Below, in pieces: positions 36,095-43,631 of a stretch of DNA of 64,000 nucleotides. Under the pieces are notes generated by a model, which worked only from the letters and a program-made list of their open reading frames with translations, ran no database searches and was not told where the DNA came from. Position 1 is the stretch's first letter. Each line of letters opens with the position of its first letter. The position numbers were made by a program, and so were the translations under genes. Origin of the DNA: Dehalococcoidia bacterium (GTDB taxonomy: Bacteria > Chloroflexota > Dehalococcoidia > Plut-88900); contig CBDFLQ010000005.1 in the NCBI GenBank assembly GCA_965249275.1, positions 195,030 through 259,029 of the forward strand, written 5' to 3'.

Positions 36095-36127
36095 GGCTCA
36101 ACCATAAGGGGTGTAACCAAGAAGCAA

Positions 36128-36865
36128 TTGGCGGACCTAAGCATTCCGCTCCCCCCGCTTCCCGTGCAACGGGAGATAGTGGAGGAGATAGAGGGGTATC
36201 AGAAGGTGATAGACGGGGCGAGGGGGGTGGTGGACAACTACCGGCCCCACATCTCGGTTGACCCGGACTGGCCACTGGTGCCAATCAAGTCAGTTGCGGA
36301 TGTCGAAAGTGGATTTGGCTTCCCTATCGCTTTCCAAGGCAACCTCAATGAGGCTATTCCATTCCTTAAAGTCAGCGACATGAACTTACCAGGCAACGAG
36401 ACGGTGATTACCTCTTGGAACAACTCAATCTCCAACGACGTTTTGAGGGAACTTAGGGCCAAGTCATTCCCCAGCGGGACTGTAATTTTCCCGAAGATCG
36501 GTGCCGCTATTGCTACTAACAAGAAACGTATCCTCAGTCTTGAGTCCACTTACGATAACAATGTAATGGGCATAGTTCCCAATACGCAAAAGCTGTTATC
36601 GCGCTTCTTGTACAATTGGTTGATTGGATTTGACCTGTCCCATTGGGCTAGTGACAGTCAACCGCCATCAATGAGAAAGACGATGGTTGAGCGGCACAAC
36701 ATTCCCTTCCCACCCCTCCCCACCCAACAAGCCATCGTCGCCGAGATCGAAGCTGAGCAAGAGCTTGTCAACGCCAACCGGGAACTGATAGCCCGCTTTG
36801 AAAAGAAGATTCTGGGCGTGATTGACCGGGTGTGGGGAGCGTCCTCCCCCGGCATTCCCGAGTAA
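36128..36865 (+). CDS. hsdS: Type I specificity subunit remainder (central conserved region + TRD2 + C-terminal conserved region)
   Basis: In the same frame as the upstream ORF. Across the TAA the sequence reads ...FKELG*GSTIRGVTKKQLADLSIPLPPLPVQREIV... The only nearby start is a weak TTG at 36128. The second conserved helix is IPFPPLPTQQAIVAEIEAEQELV. Confidence 0.7.
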   Translation: MADLSIPLPPLPVQREIVEEIEGYQKVIDGARGVVDNYRPHISVDPDWPLVPIKSVADVESGFGFPIAFQGNLNEAIPFLKVSDMNLPGNETVITSWNNSISNDVLRELRAKSFPSGTVIFPKIGAAIATNKKRILSLESTYDNNVMGIVPNTQKLLSRFLYNWLIGFDLSHWASDSQPPSMRKTMVERHNIPFPPLPTQQAIVAEIEAEQELVNANRELIARFEKKILGVIDRVWGASSPGIPE

Positions 36866-36890
36866 TCGGGCCGTAGGCTCGCCTCGGCGA

Positions 36891-36933
36891 GTGACATCTC
36901 CCCTTGACCCGATAAGAACATATGTTGTATATT
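36891..36933 (+). promoter_or_regulatory. conserved promoter module, copy C (TTGACC-18-TATATT)
   Basis: GTGACATCTCCCCTTGACCCGATAAGAACATATGTTGTATATT aligns, spacer included, with the modules upstream of the two large ncRNA candidates. Confidence 0.6.
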
Positions 36934-37021
36934 CCCACCCATGACCACCTCTCTCCAACTCACCTTTCGTCCTGCCCCTTCGGCCCCGCGAAAAACTTTC
37001 GCGAACCTTCTAGGCGTCATT

Positions 37022-37112
37022 CAATCAAAACAGCTACGAATTCAATCAACCTTCAATCAAGTTCAATCGACTTTCAATCAAGACCAATCATCCTCCAATC
37101 AATCGTCAATCA
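37022..37112 (+). repeat. array of eight direct (T)TCAATCA repeats at 10-11-bp spacing
   Basis: CAATCA (one CAATCG) starts at 37022, 37043, 37054, 37064, 37075, 37085, 37096 and 37107. The array sits between two convergent genes. Confidence 0.9.
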
Positions 37113-37126
37113 AAGGGACGGCTCGC

Positions 37127-38425
37127 CTAAAGAGTCTTCCGCCAGTCCGCCGAGTCCCCCTCCTGGAAGCGGGTGAAACGGAAGGGGTGAAGATCGACGC
37201 TTGGTGTCTCTCCCATGACAAGCTGAGACATAACCAGCCCAGCCCCGGGGCCCATGGCGATCCCGTGGCCGCTCATCCCCGTGGCGAAGTAGAACCCCTT
37301 CACGCCGGGGACCTCCCCCAGAACAGGCGTAGCATCAGGGCTGGCGTCTATCCTGCCCGCCCACGTCCGCTGTATGCCCAGATCTCCAACCGAGGGCAGC
37401 AGCTTTCTCAAATGGCTAATCGACTGCTCGACAAACCGGCCATTGGGCTCAGGCTCAACCCCGACAGTGTGTGCGAAGGGGTGGGCTTTGGCCGGGGAGC
37501 CGGGCAGTGCCCTCAGCACATCATCGAACAGTTCCTTGCCGACGTGAACATTCATCGTCTTCTTCACCCGCAGAAAGTTGCGTATGAAAAGCCCGAAATT
37601 TTGCAAGGATTGAAGATCGACGTAGTAGTCTGACCTCGTGCCGTTCGATATGTAGAAGGTCCCGTCCCGCTTCTGCCGAAAAGTCACGTCCGGGGTCATC
37701 ACCGTGCAGTGGGAGATAATGTCGGTGGGCTCGGTGCAGACGACGGTGCCTTTCACCACCCGCTGGGGCAGGTGAACTCCCACCATCCGCCCAACCTTCG
37801 ATGCCCAGGCCCCCGCCGCGCAAACAACCTTATCCGTTTCAATTCGACCCTTGTCGGTGACGACGGCTTTAACGGCGCCACCCTCCACTTCTAACCCTTC
37901 CACAGCGCGCCCGGTGTGTAGAGCGACCCCACTTTCTCTAGCGGCCCAGGCTATCGCCTCGGTTGCGCGGCGGGGCTCGGTCTGGCCGTCGGAGGGAGTG
38001 TGGATTCCACCAACGAACGGTCCCTCGAGCGCGGGTATCTCGCGCTTAACTTCGTCCCTGGTTAGGACCCTGGTGTCGAGACCCAAGACTCGGGCCTCCC
38101 GGGCCCAGTCCTCGAAGTGAGAGAGGTCCTCTTCCGTGTAGGCCAGCTTGAGGGACCCTTCCTCAATCCATTCAACGTCCGCGCCTATTTCGTCGGTGAG
38201 CCCCGACCAAAGGCCCTTGGAGAACGTGACAAGGGGAAGCTCTCTCGGGTTCCGACCCTGCTGCCTGACCCAGCCCCAGGCTCGGCTGGACTGCTCGCCT
38301 GCTACCTCACCCTTCTCCACGATTGCAACTTTCACGCCTCTCTTGGCGAGGTAATACGCCGTGCAGCACCCGACAATCCCCGCCCCGATGATGACCACGT
38401 CGGCTTTGGAATCGTTAGTTGTCAT
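37127..38425 (-). CDS. FAD-dependent oxidoreductase (DAO family; sarcosine/D-amino-acid oxidase-like)
   Basis: Dinucleotide fold DVVIIGAGIVGCCTAYYLAKRGVKVAIVEKG and C-terminal GFYFATGMSGHGIAMGP. Start is at 38425 (GAGGAGG upstream) or 38455. Confidence 0.8.
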   Translation of the reverse strand: MTTNDSKADVVIIGAGIVGCCTAYYLAKRGVKVAIVEKGEVAGEQSSRAWGWVRQQGRNPRELPLVTFSKGLWSGLTDEIGADVEWIEEGSLKLAYTEEDLSHFEDWAREARVLGLDTRVLTRDEVKREIPALEGPFVGGIHTPSDGQTEPRRATEAIAWAARESGVALHTGRAVEGLEVEGGAVKAVVTDKGRIETDKVVCAAGAWASKVGRMVGVHLPQRVVKGTVVCTEPTDIISHCTVMTPDVTFRQKRDGTFYISNGTRSDYYVDLQSLQNFGLFIRNFLRVKKTMNVHVGKELFDDVLRALPGSPAKAHPFAHTVGVEPEPNGRFVEQSISHLRKLLPSVGDLGIQRTWAGRIDASPDATPVLGEVPGVKGFYFATGMSGHGIAMGPGAGLVMSQLVMGETPSVDLHPFRFTRFQEGDSADWRKTL

Positions 38426-38484
38426 AGCCTCCTCGGGCCCGGGCTGGTTGTCCATACATCAGCCGCAACGATTTGGAGAGCAAT

Positions 38485-38561
38485 TGGTACCCCCAACGGG
38501 ATTCGAACCCGTGATCTCCGCCTTGAAAGGGCGGTGTCCTTGGCCGCTAGACGATGGGGGC
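38485..38561 (-). tRNA. tRNA-Glu (anticodon UUC), CCA encoded
   Basis: The minus strand reads GCCCCCATCGTCTAGCGGCCAAGGACACCGCCCTTTCAAGGCGGAGATCACGGGTTCGAATCCCGTTGGGGGTACCA. It folds as a cloverleaf with anticodon loop CTTTCAA and T-loop TTCGAAT. Confidence 0.95.
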
Positions 38562-38680
38562 GCGCGAAAACCGGTCGGCTGAAAATCGCCCGCCGTATGA
38601 AAACACACGCAAGGTCCAGTTGCAACCGGGGAGGGGGCGCTGTCCTTGTGAATCAAGCGGGCATGGCCTATCATCCACCT

Positions 38681-38896
38681 ATGCGGGGTCACGAATTCGT
38701 CGACCGCCTGCGCAGGATTGGCAAGGCGAGAGGCGTCGATATCTTTGTGAATCCGGAGCAGGGCAAAGGAAGGCATGTAACTCTTTACTTTGGTGGCCGC
38801 TTTACGACTTTCTAAGCCCCTCGTAAGGAAATTGGCCCCGGCCTTCTATCAGCCATGATCCGCCAGCTAGGTCTTACTCGCCAAGATTTCCGGTAG
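38681..38896 (+). pseudogene. hicA: hicA toxin gene interrupted by an in-frame TAA
   Basis: MRGHEFVDRLRRIGKARGVDIFVNPEQGKGRHVTLYFGGRFTTF*APRKEIGPGLLSAMIRQLGLTRQDFR*. The TAA at 38813-38815 is in frame and the HicA-like sequence continues to TAG 38894-38896. Confidence 0.75.
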
Positions 38897-38916
38897 TCAA
38901 CAAGGACAATATAGCG

Positions 38917-39354
38917 ATGCGTTTTGTTTATCCTGCACGACTGCGGCGTGCCTCCGCCGATGAGATAGTTGTCTCCTTCCGGGACCTCCCCGAGTGCCTG
39001 ACCTCCGGCAGGGACGAAGCTGAAGCCCTGTTCGAGGCTCAGGACGCCCTCGAAGAGGCTATCGCAGGCCGCATTGACGATGCCGAGTGTATCCCCATAC
39101 CGAGCCCCAGGAAGAACGGAGAACGGCTGGTAGCCGTACCCACCGCTACAGCCGCCAAAGCCGCCCTTGCCCTTGCGCTACGGGACAGCGGTCTCTCTCA
39201 TGCCGAGTTCGCCAAACTTTTCCGCACCGACGAGGAGTCCGTCCGTCGAATGCTCGACCCGCGGCACCGTACATCATCTGACCGAATCGGGAAAGCGCTC
39301 CATGCCCTGGGCCGACAAATCGCCCTAGAGCTTCGGGAACTGACTCCCGCCTAG
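38917..39354 (+). CDS. hicB: HicB-family antitoxin with C-terminal HTH-like region
   Basis: 145-aa ORF. YPARLRRASADEIVVSFRDLPECLTSGRDEAEALFEAQDALEEAI is a HicB N-domain. The C-terminal ...LSHAEFAKLFRTDEESVRRMLDP is Xre-like. Confidence 0.75.
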   Translation: MRFVYPARLRRASADEIVVSFRDLPECLTSGRDEAEALFEAQDALEEAIAGRIDDAECIPIPSPRKNGERLVAVPTATAAKAALALALRDSGLSHAEFAKLFRTDEESVRRMLDPRHRTSSDRIGKALHALGRQIALELRELTPA

Positions 39355-40382
39355 GGGAACAGGGCAAGGGATTCGAGTCCCATCTCCTCGGGATACCCGG
39401 CCATCACGTTCATGTTCTGGATTGCCTGACCTGCCGCGCCCTTGACCAGATTGTCGATGCAGCTGACCACCATCACCCGCCCCGTCCGAAGGTCGAGGGT
39501 TGGATATACCAGGCAATAGTTGTTACCCCAAGTCTGCTTGGTCTGAGGTGGCGCATCCACGACCCTGACAAAAGGCTCGCCCGCGTAGAATTCTCGATAT
39601 AGTCCTGTTAACTGCTCCCTGCCCTTCTCATCGACCGAAATGGAGGTGCCCGAAAGGGTGGCGTAGCAGGAGCTCAAGATTCCCCGGGTCATGGGTATCA
39701 GGTGTGGTAGGAAGGTGATCTGAGCATCGAGACTGGAGTCCAGCAGCGACACCTCCTGCACGATTTCCGGCAAGTGCCTGTGCCCGTCTATCCCGTAGGC
39801 CTTGACGTTCTCGTTCACCTCGGAAAAGTGGGTGTTCAGGCTGAGACCCCTCCCCGCCCCCGACACCCCGGACTTGCTGTCTATGATTAAGACTGGCTGG
39901 ACAAGCTTCTCCTTTATCAGCGGGGCAAGACCGAGAATCGCCGAGGTCGGGAAGCAGCCGGGGTTGGCAACCAACCGGGCTGACTCAATCTCCGATCGAT
40001 AGAGCTCGGTGAGACCGTAGACCGCCTCCTCCTGAAGCGCGGCGCTTGCGTGGGGGGTTTTGTACCACTCCTCGTACTCGGCAGGAGAGCGTAGACGGAA
40101 GTCGGCGCTAAGGTCCACGACCCGCGAGCGGTCCTCCACTAAGGGCACGACCCTTTCGCCACTGGACTTGTGGGGCAGGGCAGAGAAGACCATCTCCTCC
40201 CCATTTGGCTCGGCTTCGATAACCAGATCGATGTCGGAAAGATGGGGGAACACTTCTCCCAGCTTTTGTCCCTGGGCGCTGCGGCCCGTGATCGAGGTAA
40301 GCTCGATTTCGGGGTGGTTGTGAAGCAGCCGGGCCAGCTCGGCCCCCGCGTAGCCGGTTACGTTTAGAATTGCAGTCTTCAA
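39351..40382 (-). CDS. argC: N-acetyl-gamma-glutamyl-phosphate reductase
   Basis: 343-aa ORF with N-terminal NVTGYAGAEL Rossmann region and active-site NPGCFPTS. Confidence 0.9.
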   Translation of the reverse strand: MKTAILNVTGYAGAELARLLHNHPEIELTSITGRSAQGQKLGEVFPHLSDIDLVIEAEPNGEEMVFSALPHKSSGERVVPLVEDRSRVVDLSADFRLRSPAEYEEWYKTPHASAALQEEAVYGLTELYRSEIESARLVANPGCFPTSAILGLAPLIKEKLVQPVLIIDSKSGVSGAGRGLSLNTHFSEVNENVKAYGIDGHRHLPEIVQEVSLLDSSLDAQITFLPHLIPMTRGILSSCYATLSGTSISVDEKGREQLTGLYREFYAGEPFVRVVDAPPQTKQTWGNNYCLVYPTLDLRTGRVMVVSCIDNLVKGAAGQAIQNMNVMAGYPEEMGLESLALFP

Positions 40383-40491
40383 CTCAGCATCTCCCTAGGC
40401 TAAGGAAAGAGGCTACAGTCTGACAATATCCGGTGGGGAAATCAAGGCAGTGTACTCGTTCGGTAGATTAGTGACACACTGGCCTTTTCTT

Positions 40492-41123
40492 CAGTTGTGG
40501 GGGTTCGGTTTCAGTTCTGTCTGTTAGGTTTTGGGTTGGCGATGAAAGACGCTTGCTGGATTCGGCTCCCTATCTTTAGATAATGCGGGCTAGGAGGCGT
40601 CCCGGGAACGTGGGGACGGGGCTCCGCCGCCGCCTAGACCTGGAAGTATGGTCGGACATACGGGTCCGTCATCCGTCATAGGCTCCAATGAAGGTTGGCT
40701 GCGCTGTCCGCCGTAGGCGGATGCAGGAAGGGGAAAGTCCAGGGTCAGTTCCCCTCGCAGGAGTACGGGGTATCCAGTTCGCCGCCTGTATCCAGGAGCC
40801 GGGAGTGGCGGACAGTCCAGTTTTATTTGAGGAAGCGGACGGAGAGCCGAGCGGGCCTCGGCTACGGGCCGCCCCGTTCCGCTCCATGGGACGAGAGCTC
40901 CGAAAGGAGCCATAGGGACAATTACGGTCCAGGGCGTCTTCCATCGCCTGGGGTCAGGGAAGGGGGCGCGGGGCCCGGTAAGAGGAGATGGCGGCGTTTG
41001 CTTGAGCCGCGGGCCCCGTGTATGGGCCGTTGGGATGGGCTTGGACGTTGAGTCCTCGTTGTGGGCCGGGTGGGCTTCCCTGGGTGTTGGTTTCCTCCTT
41101 AAGGTGGGTGTCGGGTCTAGACT
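40492..41123 (-). ncRNA. candidate large structured ncRNA (unclassified), copy A
   Basis: ~630 nt with no credible ORF. Homologous in blocks to 55306-55959. Consensus promoter at 41130-41172. Long-range helix 40538-40552 with 40934-40948, plus several conserved hairpins. Ends are approximate. Confidence 0.6.
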
Positions 41124-41129
41124 GGTCCA

Positions 41130-41172
41130 ATAATAGAACATGTGTCTTATGAAGTCAAGGGGGTGATGTCAC
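41130..41172 (-). promoter_or_regulatory. conserved promoter module, copy A (TTGACT-17-TATTAT)
   Basis: The minus strand reads GTGACATCACCCCCTTGACTTCATAAGACACATGTTCTATTAT. Confidence 0.7.
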
Positions 41173-41309
41173 CCCTCTATGTGAACGGGATCAGCTACTA
41201 TCCTCACCATGACACCATCTTATGTGTCACCAATCTTTGTGAATGCCTTGACAGATATGGACTAGTGTTTTATTCTGCGCCGCAGGATTTTTTCTAACAA
41301 GGTTAGCAC

Positions 41310-43619
41310 ATGCCTCACGTCCTGCGAGCGTCCTACACGTTTGGAATCTTCGCCATCATCGGGATTGCCCTGTTCTTTGCAGTCGGAGTCTTTGCCGACG
41401 ACCATAATCCCGTGGACCTCTACCCTTCCGTTTCATGGGAGGGGGAGGAGATCACCCAGCCGGTTGTCGGGGAGTTCCTAACGGCAGCCCTGGTTGCCAA
41501 AGACCCGACCGGCATGTCCTGGCAGTGGGCCCGCTCCCAAGATGGAGAGGGCGGATGGGAGGACATTGAGGCTGCAACCTCTACGAAGTACATCCCCACC
41601 AATGATGACGTAGGGCGCTACCTCCGGGCAACAGTCTCCTATACCGATGGAGACGGCAACACCCAGAGTGCAGAGGCAAGCACCACCGATCAGGTGGTGC
41701 TAGAGAGGAGTGGTGTCCGCTGCCCATGGTGCGAACCTGAGCCGATATGGACGGCGACCTCCGTGCCCACTAATACACCCGTGCCCACTAATACACCCGT
41801 GCCCACCAGTACACCCGTGCCCACCAATACACCTTTACCCACCTCGAACCCTGACCCGTGTGACAGCACCAGGCACGCTCACGATTGCCACCCAGGGTAC
41901 GAGACGCCAACACCGCAGCCGACATCCACGGCCGACCCATGTGACAGTACCAGGCACGCTCACGATTGCCATCCAGGGTACGAGACGCCAACACCGCAGC
42001 CGACATCCACGGCCGACCCATGTGACAGCACCAGGCACGCCCACGATTGTCACCCGGACTATGAGACACCCACTCCCACACCGACTCCCACACCCACTCC
42101 CACACCGACTCCCACACCGACTCCCACGCCTACTCCCACGATCATGCCTTGTGCAAATTGCCCCACCCCGACCCCTATTCCGACCGCCACGCCAACGACA
42201 ACCCCATCTCCAACGCCTGACCCGGACGAGGAGGAAGAGACCGACGACAGCGAGCCGACGGGCGATTGCGCCGTGGCGATAGCCGCAAGTAGGTGGAGTG
42301 ACTATAACACCGCGGCCCTTGAGGATGAGTGTGGCGTCCTGCTTGCCATCAGTGATGCCTCCCGGGGGTCCTCCAGCCTCAACTGGACGGGCGACTCGTC
42401 CTTTGACAGGTGGACTGGGGTGTCGGTCAGTTTCGTGAGCGATGTGCCCCGGATAATTGGCATCTACCTGAGCAACCGGGGGCTGGAGGGACAACTGCCC
42501 TTCCAGTATGGCCAACTCCGTCAACTCACGACTCTGTATCTGGATGGCAACAACTACTCGGGGGCTGTCCCGTACGAGATCAGTTCCCTGCCCAATCTTC
42601 TCTTCCTTAACCTGGCGGGGAACGCCCTCACCGGTAACATACCGGTCCCAAGTTCACGGACCATCCAGCTCCTCATGCTTTCCAACAACCAGTTCAGCGG
42701 GTCGATCCCGGGATCCCTGGGTACGAAAGTGTCCCTGCGACTCCTCGACCTCTCGAACAACAACCTGACGGGGTCAATCCCCTCGGAGCTGACACAGTTG
42801 GCAGACACGTTGATGAGCCTGCGGATCGCCGGCAACAACTTCAGCGGGTGCGTGCCACATGCCATAGCTCTGGCCTTGGGACAGATTCGCAACCATGACC
42901 TTGGACATCTCAACATACAGGTCTGCTACGCAGACATCATCGAGTCCCCGGGGCACGCAGCAAACTGCTTTAGTCTCGTGTCTTGGTCGAGCGGCCAGGG
43001 GGTCAGTGAAACCGTAAGGCTGACCTCCCCCAGCGGGTACGACCACGAGTTCCACGTCGAATCGTATGGATCCAACGGCGTCCTCCTAAGCCGTCAATGC
43101 CTGCAAGCCCGATTCGTGGGGGTTTCGACACCCGGGGCCCAAAGGCTTGAGTGGGGCGGGACCGTACACTACGTCCCGCCGAGGTTCTTCACGCTGTCCC
43201 TTAGTGAAATAACGAACCTTAATGCGAGTAGTTTCCGTGCTTCTCTCAACAATGACCTGCCCGCAGGCGCTGACTCGCAGGTCCTGTCCGTCGATACCTC
43301 CTGTACCCAATGTAGAGGAGGCAATGCCCAGCCTACACTTGGTCACTGGGTTGACTTGAAGCACAATAGTTACATGATGGCAGTGTATGGGTACTATACG
43401 TTTACAGTAGGCAACGTTAGCCAGACATTGAGGGCGTCTCACGAGTGGTCGCTGGAACCGCCCCACACCATCCCGACCCACTGGGGCAACCCCCTGCTCA
43501 CTGCCGCAGAGCAAGCTATTGCGAACCAAGCGTGGGAGCTGGCTACCTACGCAATTCATCTGGGGTTTGATGCATTGGTCGCCGAATTGCAAGAGCAGTA
43601 TGAGGACTGGATTAATTAG
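41310..43619 (+). CDS. membrane-anchored/secreted protein with Cys/His-rich tandem repeats, PT linker and plant-type leucine-rich repeats
   Basis: 769-aa ORF. N-terminal TM segment, 3 x DPCDSTRHAHDCHPGYETPTPQPTSTA, (TP)n, then LRRs (LDLSNNNLTGSIPSELTQL etc.) and an unassigned C-terminal domain. Confidence 0.7.
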   Translation: MPHVLRASYTFGIFAIIGIALFFAVGVFADDHNPVDLYPSVSWEGEEITQPVVGEFLTAALVAKDPTGMSWQWARSQDGEGGWEDIEAATSTKYIPTNDDVGRYLRATVSYTDGDGNTQSAEASTTDQVVLERSGVRCPWCEPEPIWTATSVPTNTPVPTNTPVPTSTPVPTNTPLPTSNPDPCDSTRHAHDCHPGYETPTPQPTSTADPCDSTRHAHDCHPGYETPTPQPTSTADPCDSTRHAHDCHPDYETPTPTPTPTPTPTPTPTPTPTPTPTIMPCANCPTPTPIPTATPTTTPSPTPDPDEEEETDDSEPTGDCAVAIAASRWSDYNTAALEDECGVLLAISDASRGSSSLNWTGDSSFDRWTGVSVSFVSDVPRIIGIYLSNRGLEGQLPFQYGQLRQLTTLYLDGNNYSGAVPYEISSLPNLLFLNLAGNALTGNIPVPSSRTIQLLMLSNNQFSGSIPGSLGTKVSLRLLDLSNNNLTGSIPSELTQLADTLMSLRIAGNNFSGCVPHAIALALGQIRNHDLGHLNIQVCYADIIESPGHAANCFSLVSWSSGQGVSETVRLTSPSGYDHEFHVESYGSNGVLLSRQCLQARFVGVSTPGAQRLEWGGTVHYVPPRFFTLSLSEITNLNASSFRASLNNDLPAGADSQVLSVDTSCTQCRGGNAQPTLGHWVDLKHNSYMMAVYGYYTFTVGNVSQTLRASHEWSLEPPHTIPTHWGNPLLTAAEQAIANQAWELATYAIHLGFDALVAELQEQYEDWIN
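41853..42080 (+). repeat. three tandem 81-bp coding repeats
   Basis: Units start at 41853, 41934 and 42015, nearly identical at the DNA level. Followed by an ACNCCN (Thr-Pro) microrepeat to ~42140. Confidence 0.9.
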
Positions 43620-43631
43620 AGAGAGGAACCC

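Noticed and set aside
29036-38561. Genomic island integrated at tRNA-Glu (low-GC orphan, R-M, repeat array, hicAB near the tRNA)
   Set aside because: No integrase or recombinase gene is present, and I could not find a direct repeat of the tRNA 3' end. Native-composition genes (the M24 hydrolase and FAD oxidoreductase) are interspersed. A mosaic of small insertions is more likely.
40725-40745. GGGGAAAGTCCAGGG on the plus strand, resembling the RNase P RNA P4 motif GGAAAGUCCGG
   Set aside because: It is on the strand opposite the promoter and the G-U evidence. It is not conserved at the equivalent place in copy B. The other universal RNase P blocks are not visible, and two copies would be unexpected.
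40590-41141. 183-aa ORF inside ncRNA candidate A, and 85-aa ORF 55738-55995 inside candidate B
   Set aside because: The ORF starts upstream of the predicted transcription start. Its composition is Pro/Arg-rich. The two loci do not conserve a common reading frame or length, although their nucleotide blocks are conserved. No SD-to-start arrangement is present.
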